Origin: an uncultured Pseudomonadales bacterium
GTDB taxonomy: Bacteria > Patescibacteriota > Microgenomatia > UBA1400 > CG1-02-47-37
DNA length: 41,309 bases
Assembly: GCA_964361885.1 (NCBI GenBank)
Contig: CAYICL010000004.1
Coordinates: 4,116 to 45,424 of the forward strand
Direction of reading: 5' to 3'
Shown in pieces: positions 18,186 through 27,320 of the stretch. Position 1 is the first letter of the stretch. The number at the start of each line of letters is the position of its first letter. The position numbers and the translations under genes were made by a program. The notes beneath the pieces were generated by a model. The model was not told the origin of the DNA. It worked only from the letters and a program-made list of their open reading frames with translations, and ran no database searches.

Positions 18186-19264
18186 AAATCGGTCTTTATA
18201 GCCCTTTTTTAACCGAAAATATTGGCGGCGGCGAACGCTATTTATTAACCGTCGCCGAGTGTTTATTACCCAATCACCAGGTTGATTTAATTTTGCCCTA
18301 TATTCCTACTGGCATCAAAGAAAAGTTCAAACGCATTTTTAATTTAAAGCTTGATGCCTTGAACTTGGTTCTTGGTCCTTTTACTCCAAAACATTCGAGT
18401 CTAGAGCGAACCAAATTTACCCAAAAATATGATGTTTTTTATTATATGACCGATGGAAGTTTTTTTATCCCTCATGCCAAATTAAACGTGGTCCATTTTA
18501 TGATTCCTTTTAATCGTCGTCCGGCTTTTTTTGAAAGACTAAAACTCAAAACTTGGCCGGTTAAAACCGTCAACTCTTTTTTTACCAAAGCTGCCCTTGA
18601 ACGCAATTGGAAGATTAAAATAGATTATGTTCATTGGGGTGCGGTTAACAGGAAAGATTTTAAACCGTGGCTGAAAAAAAATATTATTCTTAACGTCGGC
18701 CGGTTTTTCAGCCCATTAGGCGACAAACACTGTAAACGGCAGGATATATTAGTCAAAACTTTTAAGTTAATGTGTGACCGGGGTTTAACCGGCTGGCATT
18801 TAGTTTTGAACGGATCAATCGACCAGGGCAAAGACAACTTTGATTATTTAAACAAAGTTAAGCGCTTAGCCAGGGGCTATCCGGTTATTTTCCATAATCA
18901 AGGCAGTTTTAAAACTCTTCAAAAAGATTATGGCCAAGCCAAAATTTACTGGCATGCCACCGGTTATGGTTTAGATGAAACAACTAATCCTCAGGCCATG
19001 GAACACTTAGGTATCTCTACGGTTGAAGCCATGTCTGCCGGAGCCGTCCCCATCGTGATTAATCAGGGCGGTCAGCCGGAAATCGTCACCGATTCAGTTG
19101 ACGGTTTGCTTTGGTCCAGCCAAAAAGAATTGATTCAAAAAACCCAAGCAGTAATTAATCATCAGCCGCTTTGGCAAAAGCTGTCTTCCCGGGCAATGAT
19201 TAGGGCCAATGATTTCTCCAAAGCCAAATTCTGTCAGCAAACAAAAACAATATTTCACTTATGA
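18182..19264 (+). CDS. GT4 (GT-B) glycosyltransferase
   Basis: GGGERY, VGRF..K and an EHLGISTVEAMSAG ExxxxxxxE motif. Confidence 0.88.
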   Translation: MKIGLYSPFLTENIGGGERYLLTVAECLLPNHQVDLILPYIPTGIKEKFKRIFNLKLDALNLVLGPFTPKHSSLERTKFTQKYDVFYYMTDGSFFIPHAKLNVVHFMIPFNRRPAFFERLKLKTWPVKTVNSFFTKAALERNWKIKIDYVHWGAVNRKDFKPWLKKNIILNVGRFFSPLGDKHCKRQDILVKTFKLMCDRGLTGWHLVLNGSIDQGKDNFDYLNKVKRLARGYPVIFHNQGSFKTLQKDYGQAKIYWHATGYGLDETTNPQAMEHLGISTVEAMSAGAVPIVINQGGQPEIVTDSVDGLLWSSQKELIQKTQAVINHQPLWQKLSSRAMIRANDFSKAKFCQQTKTIFHL

Positions 19265-20109
19265 AAACCGTTTCGGTAATTATTCCTAACTACACAAAAT
19301 ACCCGCTGATAACCCACTTGCCTCAAGTTATCAAAGCCTGTCCTCAAGCAGAAATCATCGTGGTTGATGATGCCTCACCGGACGATACCGTGGCCGTTCT
19401 CAGGCGAGATTTTCCTCAGGTTAAAGTCATCGTTAATCCAACCAATCAGCGTTTTGCTGTTTCCTGTAATCTTGGCGTTAAAGCCGCCCAAGGCGATATC
19501 GTAATCCTGATTAATTCTGACGTCGCCCCTAAACCAGGCTTTTTAACCTCCTTAATTAAACATTTTGATGATCCTCAGGTTTTTTGCGTTGGCTGTCTAG
19601 AGATCCAGACCGTTAATGGTAAACAAGAATATTCCGGTAGAAATCAATGTCAGTTTAAAAGGGGATTTGTGATTCATTCCAAGGCGCCTATTACCGATTT
19701 AAAAAAAACCACGCCTAACTGTTGGGGTTCTGGCGGCTCAATGGCTCTTGATCGAACCAAGTATTTAAGTTTAGGCGGCATGGATCCTTTATACAAGCCA
19801 GCCTATTGGGAAGATATTGATCTGTCTTGGCGGGCTCGGGAAAAACATGGCTATAAAATCCTATTTGAGCCTAAATCCCAGGTTTGGCATAATCATGAAA
19901 CTACGAATCTATCCGTTTTTGGCAAAAAGAAAATGGAAACAATGGCTTTAAGAAACCAATTTCTGTTTGTCTGGAAAAATATCCGTGGTCGTCGATTGAT
20001 TGAACATTTCCTTTGGCTGCCGTACCATCTGGTTTTAACTACAATCAGGACAAAAGGTGTATTTATAATCGCTTTTTTTGAAGCTTTATGGCAATGGATA
20101 AAAAAATAA
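19261..20109 (+). CDS. GT2 glycosyltransferase
   Basis: Motifs VIIPNY, VVDDASPD, FAVSCNLG, LINSD and YWEDIDLSWR. Confidence 0.87.
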   Translation: MKTVSVIIPNYTKYPLITHLPQVIKACPQAEIIVVDDASPDDTVAVLRRDFPQVKVIVNPTNQRFAVSCNLGVKAAQGDIVILINSDVAPKPGFLTSLIKHFDDPQVFCVGCLEIQTVNGKQEYSGRNQCQFKRGFVIHSKAPITDLKKTTPNCWGSGGSMALDRTKYLSLGGMDPLYKPAYWEDIDLSWRAREKHGYKILFEPKSQVWHNHETTNLSVFGKKKMETMALRNQFLFVWKNIRGRRLIEHFLWLPYHLVLTTIRTKGVFIIAFFEALWQWIKK

Positions 20110-21425
20110 TTTTGTCGGTTTTCTTGGTCGGTTTTGCTTTACGGTTGTTATTGCCCATGGAACGAGTGTTTAATTTTGACCAGGATCAGATTGCCCTAAA
20201 CGCGATGAATATTGTTAATGGCGACTGGACGGTTTTGGGCCCGCAGACTTCCAATATGAGTTTTTTTACCGGGCCGCTGATTTATTATTGGGCGGCTGTC
20301 TTTTATGGTTTGACCGGCGGGCATCCTCTAGCCAACGCCCTCACGGCGATTTCCATTTACGCTTTTAACTTTTTCTTAATTTGGTATTTTTTCAAATCAC
20401 TGTTTCAGGGAAAATTAGTCGATCTTTATCTGGCGATTTATGCGCTGTCCCCATACCTCGTACAACTAAATAGAATTACTTGGAATCCGAATTTTTCTTT
20501 TTTAAGCGGCAGTTTGGTGTTAGCAGCGTTATTAAAACCTAGTTATAGAAGTATTTGGTTAGGCATGTTTTTAGCTTATCAGTCCAGTTTTTCCGGTTTT
20601 GTCATGCTCGCGGCGCTGATTTTATATTGGCTTTGGCAAAGGCGAAACTTGGCACTGATTTTAGTTGGCTTTTTTGGTATGGCTGTTTCAATGCTGCCGT
20701 TATTGATTTTTGATTTGAAGCATAATTTTATGAATTTTTCGAGCCTAGGCAGTTTTATCTACCAGGCAGTATTTGGAATCAGTTTCGGATTTTTGTTAAG
20801 AATTAAAACGGTGTTAATGATCAACTTCGAGAATTTTACTAAATTATATACCGGTTATTTTTTCCCGAGCTTGGTGTTGGTACTATTAGGAATAACTATT
20901 TTGGCTCTGTGGTTAAAACAATCGCGGTCTTTATTTTCTCCGCTTCAAAAAAAGATCTTATTGCTGTGGATGGCAGTTTTTCCTCTATCAGCCTTGTTTT
21001 ACGGCGACGGTTTACCCGAATATTATTTTCTGATGCAGCTGCCGGCCTTAGTTTTTATTCTGGCGGATCTTTTAGCTAGGGTAAAAAAACAACTGATTTT
21101 AGTTTATCTGTTTATGACAATTGTTTCTTTAGGGGTGGTTTTTGATAAAAATAACGGTTATTTGTTAAGCGATAAGTATAACGCCGCCAAGTACATTCAA
21201 AGTCAATCAGCCGGCAAACCGATACAAATGGTTTTTGACATGGATTACCGGGAACGATTCGGTTGGGATTACTTATTCCAATATTTTCAGCTCGAGTTAG
21301 TGTCCTACGGCCAACAAGTTCATCTGATTTATCCGGTTTTGCCATCGACTCGGTTTTCCGGTCGCTTTGGCAACCTTGGCGTTTTTAGCCAGAATTTTAT
21401 AGAGTATAATAAAATTGATTTATGA
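20094..21425 (+). CDS. GT-C membrane glycosyltransferase (same subfamily as 7957 and 33218)
   Basis: LRLL...FNFDQDQ...GPQTS..FFTGPLIYY and WNP, with many TMs. Start is 20094 or 20088. Confidence 0.7.
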   Translation: MDKKIILSVFLVGFALRLLLPMERVFNFDQDQIALNAMNIVNGDWTVLGPQTSNMSFFTGPLIYYWAAVFYGLTGGHPLANALTAISIYAFNFFLIWYFFKSLFQGKLVDLYLAIYALSPYLVQLNRITWNPNFSFLSGSLVLAALLKPSYRSIWLGMFLAYQSSFSGFVMLAALILYWLWQRRNLALILVGFFGMAVSMLPLLIFDLKHNFMNFSSLGSFIYQAVFGISFGFLLRIKTVLMINFENFTKLYTGYFFPSLVLVLLGITILALWLKQSRSLFSPLQKKILLLWMAVFPLSALFYGDGLPEYYFLMQLPALVFILADLLARVKKQLILVYLFMTIVSLGVVFDKNNGYLLSDKYNAAKYIQSQSAGKPIQMVFDMDYRERFGWDYLFQYFQLELVSYGQQVHLIYPVLPSTRFSGRFGNLGVFSQNFIEYNKIDL

Positions 21426-22111
21426 AAGCTTTAATTTTAGCCGCCGGTTTTGGGGTCAGGTTAAGGGAAATTATCCATGGCCGGCCCAAACATTTAGCCC
21501 CTATCAACGGCCAACCTTTTTTACGCTACCTGATTAGGCTTTTAAAAAAACGCGGCATTAAGGAAATCGTTATTGCCGTCGGTTATTTGGCCAATTACAT
21601 TATTGATGAATTTACCCGGGATAATGAAGGTTTAACTATCAAATTTTCCGAAGATCAACGGCCTTTGGGTACTGCCGGCAGCATAAAAAAAGCCGCCGAA
21701 TACCTGAAAGACGATTTTATTATCGTCAACGGAGATACTTATCTGGATATTGACTACTTTAAACTTATGGCTGACCACAAAAGATCTAAAAGCTTATTAA
21801 CGATTGTTGGTACCACTAAACATAAAGATAAAGGCGGCATAATTTTAGCTAAAAATAAAACAGTTACCGACTTCATTATTGATTCTCCTGCCACCGCTCC
21901 TATTCACAGCTATAGAAATGCCGGTGTTTATGCTGCCTCACCGCAAATTTTCTCTTTTATTCCCAGTTTTACCAAAATTTCGCTTGAAAAAGATATTATC
22001 CCTTTGTTATTAAGCAAGCATCAGCCAATCAGTCTTTTCCCAGTTAACCAGGCTTTTATCGACATTGGCTCACCTCAGAGTTTTATGGAGGCTGCCAAAA
22101 AATTAACCTAA
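21422..22111 (+). CDS. hddC: Sugar-1-phosphate nucleotidyltransferase (HddC-like)
   Basis: Motifs ILAAGFGVRL..PK, PLGTAG, NGDTY, NAGVY, SLEKD and FIDIG. Adjacent to gmhA/hddA/gmhB. Confidence 0.72.
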   Translation: MKALILAAGFGVRLREIIHGRPKHLAPINGQPFLRYLIRLLKKRGIKEIVIAVGYLANYIIDEFTRDNEGLTIKFSEDQRPLGTAGSIKKAAEYLKDDFIIVNGDTYLDIDYFKLMADHKRSKSLLTIVGTTKHKDKGGIILAKNKTVTDFIIDSPATAPIHSYRNAGVYAASPQIFSFIPSFTKISLEKDIIPLLLSKHQPISLFPVNQAFIDIGSPQSFMEAAKKLT

Positions 22112-22116
22112 ATTTT

Positions 22117-22755
22117 ATGGACACAAAAACCAGAATTCAAAATCAATTAAAAGACAGCGTTAAAGTTTATGAGCAAATGATTGCCACCTGTTGGTCCTCA
22201 ATTCAGGCAGCGGCTTTGGCTCTGATAGAAACCTATTACAAACAAGGCGGCACTGTGTTTACTTGCGGTAACGGCGGTTCGGCTGCCGACGCCCAGCATA
22301 TTAGTGATGAATTAATGTGTATGTTAAGGAGCCATCACCATTTTGAGTATCGATTTCCGCTATCGGCTCACGCCTTAACTACAGACTCTTCAGTCATTAC
22401 CGCTATTTCTAACGATTTAGGCTTTGAATATATTTTTTCCCGTCAACTGGAAGCTCTGGCTCAAACTAAAGACTTGCTTATCGGTCTATCCACTTCCGGC
22501 AACTCACTCAACGTGGTTAAAGCCTTTGAGTTGACCAAAAAACGCGGTATCAAGTCCATTGCTTTTACCGGTCAATCTTCATCAAAAAACGGTGGCCGGA
22601 TTGCTGCCTTGGCAGATATTGTTATCAATATTCCTGCCACTGACGTGGGTATTATCCAGCAGGGACACGTGGCTGCCTTTCATTCGATGTGTGATGTTAT
22701 GGAAGAAATTCTTTTTGGCTCTAAAGGTTTAAAGATAACCAAACTTGTCCGATGA
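22117..22755 (+). CDS. gmhA: Sedoheptulose-7-phosphate isomerase
   Basis: Motifs CGNGGSAADAQH..EL, ALTTD, NDLGFE..FSRQ, STSGNS.NV and IQ..H....H. Confidence 0.9.
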   Translation: MDTKTRIQNQLKDSVKVYEQMIATCWSSIQAAALALIETYYKQGGTVFTCGNGGSAADAQHISDELMCMLRSHHHFEYRFPLSAHALTTDSSVITAISNDLGFEYIFSRQLEALAQTKDLLIGLSTSGNSLNVVKAFELTKKRGIKSIAFTGQSSSKNGGRIAALADIVINIPATDVGIIQQGHVAAFHSMCDVMEEILFGSKGLKITKLVR

Positions 22756-23765
22756 CCATAATCTCTAAAGCTCCTTGTCGAATCAGTTTAGTTGGCGGCG
22801 GTACAGATGTTAACCCTTTTGCCTATAAATATGGCGGTAAAGTTTTAAACTTGGCTATTAGTCTTTACCATACTGTCAGCTTAACCCCTTTCACCAATTC
22901 TAAAGTTCACCTTAAAGCCCTGGGAGAAAAAAGACAGATTGATAATCTGGTTGAAACCCTTGCCTACGGCCAAGATCCCAAGTTTGATTTAATCAGGGCG
23001 ATAATTAATCATTTTCGCCCCAAAATTCCTTCCGGTTTTTCTTTGCAAGTCTCAAGTCCTAAAGCCAATGCTTTGGGTTTAGGTCGGTCCGGTTCGGCTG
23101 GCGTGGCGATAATTGCCGCTTTTAATGCCTGGTTGCAAACTAATTTAACTCCTTTAGAAATGGGTTTATTAGCCAGCCGCTTAGAAGTGGCTGAACTTGG
23201 CTGGCCGGGTGGAAAACAGGATTCGTTAGCCGCGGTCTTTGGCGGGATTAATTTGATGGTTTTCGGTCCGGGTGATCAAGTTAAAGTTAAACCCATAAAG
23301 TTGCCGGCTCAAACCATTACCGCTTTAAAGCAAAGGACTTTTATGATTTTTGTCGGTGGTGACCGGCATTCTTCAACCCAACAAAAACAATTAGTTAAAG
23401 GTATGTCTGATAAGGCTAAGCTTAAAGCCCTATTTGCTTTAAAAAATGCCGTTCTGCCGGGAATTACCGCTTTAAAACAAGCCAATTGGTCAGATTTAGG
23501 TCAAATCCTTCATCAAGGCTGGAAAGACAAGAAAAAATCTAATCCTAGCGTGACCAATGAAACAATCGATAAATTTTATCGCCTAGCCAGGCAAAACAAT
23601 GCTTATGGTGGTAAGATCTCCGGTTCAGGCGGCGCCGGCAATATGTTTTTTCTAATCCCGCCGGAGAAAAAATCAACTGCTATTAAAGCTCTTGTCAGTG
23701 CCGGCGCTAAACTGGTTAATTTTAAATTTGATTTTAAAGGAGTCACTATTAAAACCACTCTATGA
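22752..23765 (+). CDS. hddA: D-glycero-alpha-D-manno-heptose-7-phosphate kinase (GHMP family)
   Basis: Motifs KAPCRISLVGGGTD, GLGRSGS, GKQD, FGGIN and GGKISGSGGAG. Confidence 0.85.
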   Translation: MTIISKAPCRISLVGGGTDVNPFAYKYGGKVLNLAISLYHTVSLTPFTNSKVHLKALGEKRQIDNLVETLAYGQDPKFDLIRAIINHFRPKIPSGFSLQVSSPKANALGLGRSGSAGVAIIAAFNAWLQTNLTPLEMGLLASRLEVAELGWPGGKQDSLAAVFGGINLMVFGPGDQVKVKPIKLPAQTITALKQRTFMIFVGGDRHSSTQQKQLVKGMSDKAKLKALFALKNAVLPGITALKQANWSDLGQILHQGWKDKKKSNPSVTNETIDKFYRLARQNNAYGGKISGSGGAGNMFFLIPPEKKSTAIKALVSAGAKLVNFKFDFKGVTIKTTL

Positions 23766-24373
23766 TCTCAGCCGACCACTTTTATCTTCAGCCAGGATTT
23801 ACGCCTCAAAAAAAATTTGCGGTTTTCTTGGATCGTGACGGAATTATTAATCAAGAAAAACACCTGGTTCACCAAAAAAAAGATTTTATTTTAATTCCTG
23901 GGGTAGCCACTGCCATTAAAAAGTTAAACCGGAAAAACATTCCGGTTATTGTCATTCATAATGCCGCCGCAATCTACCGGGGTATCTCTACACCGGAAAA
24001 AGTTGACCAGCTTAATCGCTATATGCTTCTTTTGCTTAAAAAACAACAGGCTCAGGTTAATGCCGTTTTATTTTGTGGCCACCATCCTTCTGCTTTTGCC
24101 GCCGATTTTCTTAAAGATTGTAATTGGCATAAGCCCAAACCCGGCATGCTTCAAACCGCGGCTAAGAAACTAAATCTTAGCCTAACTCAATCTTTTGTTA
24201 TTGGTGATCAGGCTCGGGATATTTTAGCCGGCCAAGCCGCTGGAGCCACTTCAATTTTAGTCACTACCGGCCATGCCGGCAAAGATGTTGTTTATCAGGG
24301 TACACCGGATAAAACCTTTGCTCATCTTGAATCGGCGATTAACTGGATTATTAAATTAAAAAAGCTTAAATGA
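23762..24373 (+). CDS. gmhB: Heptose-1,7-bisphosphate phosphatase (HAD IIIA)
   Basis: Motifs FLDRDGIIN, CGHHP, KPKPGML and SFVIGD..RD..AG. Confidence 0.85.
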   Translation: MISADHFYLQPGFTPQKKFAVFLDRDGIINQEKHLVHQKKDFILIPGVATAIKKLNRKNIPVIVIHNAAAIYRGISTPEKVDQLNRYMLLLLKKQQAQVNAVLFCGHHPSAFAADFLKDCNWHKPKPGMLQTAAKKLNLSLTQSFVIGDQARDILAGQAAGATSILVTTGHAGKDVVYQGTPDKTFAHLESAINWIIKLKKLK

Positions 24374-25089
24374 AAGTTTTTATTCTCTCAGCCGGTCTGG
24401 GCATCAGATTAAAACCCTTAACCAATGATCGGCCTAAAGTCATGGTGCCAATTGGCGGCCAGCCGGTTTTAGAGCACTTGATTAACCTTTGCTCTTTTCA
24501 CGGATTTAAAGACATTATTATCAACCTTCATCACTTACCTGAAGTTATTACTAATTATTTTCAAGATGGAAACAAATTTGGTGTTCACATTAATTACTCG
24601 CGTGAAATAGATAAAATTTTGGGTGGTGCCGGGGCAATAAAGCACGCTTCGGCTTTACTGGGAAACGAGCCTTTTTTTCTTCTAAATGGTGATGTCATGA
24701 CAAACGTCAATCTGAAAGCAATGGTTAAATTTCATCAAGATAAAGGTGGTTTAGCTAGTTTTTTAGTCCATCAGACTGATCATCCGTTAGATTCTGATTT
24801 AGTTGAGTTTGATGATCAGCAGTTAATTAAAAGATTTTTCCGGCCTCAAATGGGAGATGAATTTAAACCAATTGCTAAAACCGGTACTCACATCTTTAAT
24901 CCGGAAATTCTAAATTTTATTCCCGAAGGTTTGGAATACTCTTTAGAAAAACAACTCCTCCCTAATCTTTTAACTAAAGGCAAAAAGCTTTACGCCTATT
25001 ACTCTAATTGTTATTCTAAAGACATGGGTACATTAGCAAGACTTAAACAAGTTGAAAAGGATTACCAGAATGGTCAAATTACTTTTTAA
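24370..25089 (+). CDS. Second sugar-1-phosphate nucleotidyltransferase (HddC/GMPP-like)
   Basis: Motifs AGLGIRLKPLT..RPKVM, LGGAG, NGD, HPLDSDLV and DMGT. Confidence 0.8.
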   Translation: MKVFILSAGLGIRLKPLTNDRPKVMVPIGGQPVLEHLINLCSFHGFKDIIINLHHLPEVITNYFQDGNKFGVHINYSREIDKILGGAGAIKHASALLGNEPFFLLNGDVMTNVNLKAMVKFHQDKGGLASFLVHQTDHPLDSDLVEFDDQQLIKRFFRPQMGDEFKPIAKTGTHIFNPEILNFIPEGLEYSLEKQLLPNLLTKGKKLYAYYSNCYSKDMGTLARLKQVEKDYQNGQITF

Positions 25090-25819
25090 AAACATTTGGC
25101 TGTTTTTACCTTGCCATAATGAAGCCGACAATCTAAAACCTCTGGTTGAAGAAATCTTAAACTTAAAAATCCCTAATCTTCATCTGGCTGTTATTGATGA
25201 TAATTCCACTGATAATACCGGTCATATTGCCGATCAGTTGAAGCAAACCTATCCTCAACTAATCGATGTTCTCCATCGTCAGCCTCCCCGGGGCCGGGCT
25301 AGAGCCGGCAAAGACGCCTTTTTATTTTGCCTTCAAAAAAAAGCCGACATCATTATTGAAATGGATGCCGATTTTTCTCATGACCCTCAATATATTCCTC
25401 AGATGCTTGAAGCTTTATCTAAAACCGACATCGACGTTGTCTTAGGTTCCCGTTTTTTACCCGGTGGTAGCGATGCTGACAGATCTTCTTTCCGTACTTT
25501 AGTCAGCCGCTTGTCAGGCATTATTTTCCGGTTAATTTTAGGCATTCACCTGACAGACATGGGCTCAGGCTTTAAGGCTTACAAACGTCAAGCCTTAGCT
25601 TCGATTGACCCCCAAAATCTGTTTTCCCAAAAAGGCTTGGCCATTTCCATGGAATCAATTTTCCGGGTTTTGAAAAACGGCTTTAAAGTCAAAGAAACCC
25701 CGATTGTTTTTAAAGACCGCCGCGCCGGCGTCTCTAAACTTTCCTGGAAAGACTTTTTTGAACCGATTTTTATTTGTTTAAAATTAGTTTGTGTCTTAGG
25801 GAGATTTCATGAAAACTAA
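25070..25819 (+). CDS. Polyprenol-monophospho-sugar synthase (DPM1/Ppm1-like GT2)
   Basis: Motifs LPCHNE, DDNSTD, EMDADFSHDP, GSRF..GG, DMGSGFKAY and PIVFKDRRAGVSKL. Start set at the ATG at 25070. Confidence 0.85.
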   Translation: MVKLLFKNIWLFLPCHNEADNLKPLVEEILNLKIPNLHLAVIDDNSTDNTGHIADQLKQTYPQLIDVLHRQPPRGRARAGKDAFLFCLQKKADIIIEMDADFSHDPQYIPQMLEALSKTDIDVVLGSRFLPGGSDADRSSFRTLVSRLSGIIFRLILGIHLTDMGSGFKAYKRQALASIDPQNLFSQKGLAISMESIFRVLKNGFKVKETPIVFKDRRAGVSKLSWKDFFEPIFICLKLVCVLGRFHEN

Positions 25820-27320
25820 ATGGTTATTAATTTTAATCATTATCGTGGCCGCGGTTTTGCGTTTATATCATCTTAATTCTAATCCGTCATCGCTTAATTG
25901 GGACGAAGCCGCCATCGGTTGGAATGCCAAAACCATTTTCCATACTCGCCGCGATGAATATGGGACTCGTTTGCCTTTAAGTTTTAAATCTTTTGGAGAC
26001 TATAAAGCCCCTGTTTATATTTATTTAACCGCCCCGATTGTCGGTCTCTTCGGTACGAATCCTATCAGTGTTAGATTAGTGTCAGTCTTGGCAGGTATCG
26101 CCAGTGTTTTATTGATTTATTTATTAATCAAGCAATTACCGATTACCGATTACCGATTACCGATTACTGCCAGCTTATTGCTGGCAATTTCTCCTTGGCA
26201 TGTGCTTTTATCCCGGCCGGCCTTTGAGCCAAACCTGGCTTTATTTTTTATCTTGCTGGGAACTTATTTATTTTTAAAATCTTTGGTAAAACCTAAGTAT
26301 TTAATTCTTAGCGTTTTAAGCTTTACTTTATCTATCTATACCTATCAAAGTCCTAAAATCTTTGTGCCGGTTTTTTTACTGGGCTTGGCAGTCATTTTCC
26401 GTCAACAGCTTTTTTCTTTAAAGCTTAAAAAATGGCTAATTGTTTCAGTGGTTCTTAGCTTGTTTTTATTAACGCCTTTAGTTAAAGAAATGGTTTTAAA
26501 AAATAGCGCTTCTCGTTTTCAGGGTACTTCTATTTTTTATAACCAACAAGGCGAAAAACAACCGTATAAATTTTCTTTAATTACCCAAATATTTAAAAAC
26601 TATATTATTCATTACTCTCCGTCATATTTGTTTTTTGGCAGTAATTTTATGCCACGGCTTCAGCTTAAAACCGTCGGCCCGCTTTTATTAATTGAAGCGC
26701 CATTTTTAGCCATTGGTCTGATTTATTTATTGAAAAATAAGCGCAAAATCTGGGCTCAATTTCTTCTTTGGTGGTTAATTATTGGCCCGCTTCCGGCCAT
26801 GATTGGCAGGGAAGTGCCTCACCCGATCCGTTCCTATAATCTGCTTCCGGCTTTAGTTGTCATTACCGCTCTAGGCATAACCAAAACCAAATTCTTATTT
26901 AAACCTACAATTAAAATTTTATTGATTATTTTATTCAGCCTTAATACCGTCTATTTTATTTATCACTATTTTGTTACTTATCCGGTTTATTCCGCCCCGG
27001 ACTGGCAGTACGGTTATAAGCAGGCGGTTATTTTTGCCAAAGAAAATGAAGACAGTGTGGAGAAAATCCTAATTTCCTCGCATTATGGTCAACCGTATAT
27101 TTTCACTCTGTTTTATCAGGACCGCGACTCGCAGGCTGTTTTTTGGGGAGCCTTGAGCAAATATCTTTTTCGGGATCTAAAATGGCCTGAAGATGAAAAA
27201 TTAACCAGCACTTTACTTATCGGTTCACCTCAAGAGATTCCCATAAACACACCTGGTATAATTAAGGAAATTCTTTTTCCTGATGGTCAAGTGGCCTTTA
27301 GAATTGTTAAAACCTTATGA
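25809..27320 (+). CDS. GT-C (ArnT/PMT-like) membrane glycosyltransferase, subfamily A
   Basis: LRLY..LNWDEAAIGWNA..TRRDEYG..FKSFGDYKAP, SPWH..SR.AFE and WQYGYK. Confidence 0.8.
   Translation: MKTKWLLILIIIVAAVLRLYHLNSNPSSLNWDEAAIGWNAKTIFHTRRDEYGTRLPLSFKSFGDYKAPVYIYLTAPIVGLFGTNPISVRLVSVLAGIASVLLIYLLIKQLPITDYRLPITASLLLAISPWHVLLSRPAFEPNLALFFILLGTYLFLKSLVKPKYLILSVLSFTLSIYTYQSPKIFVPVFLLGLAVIFRQQLFSLKLKKWLIVSVVLSLFLLTPLVKEMVLKNSASRFQGTSIFYNQQGEKQPYKFSLITQIFKNYIIHYSPSYLFFGSNFMPRLQLKTVGPLLLIEAPFLAIGLIYLLKNKRKIWAQFLLWWLIIGPLPAMIGREVPHPIRSYNLLPALVVITALGITKTKFLFKPTIKILLIILFSLNTVYFIYHYFVTYPVYSAPDWQYGYKQAVIFAKENEDSVEKILISSHYGQPYIFTLFYQDRDSQAVFWGALSKYLFRDLKWPEDEKLTSTLLIGSPQEIPINTPGIIKEILFPDGQVAFRIVKTL
26135..26169. 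repeat. Heptamer tandem repeat (ATTACCG)x4 plus ATTACTG inside a GT-C gene
   Basis: Directly visible in the sequence; encodes LPITDYRLPIT. Confidence 0.92.

Noticed and set aside
21422-25089. Reading the heptose genes as LPS inner-core (ADP-heptose) synthesis
   Set aside because: The kinase is GHMP/HddA-type rather than HldE, and no hldD, GT9 heptosyltransferase, Kdo or lipid A genes are in the window.
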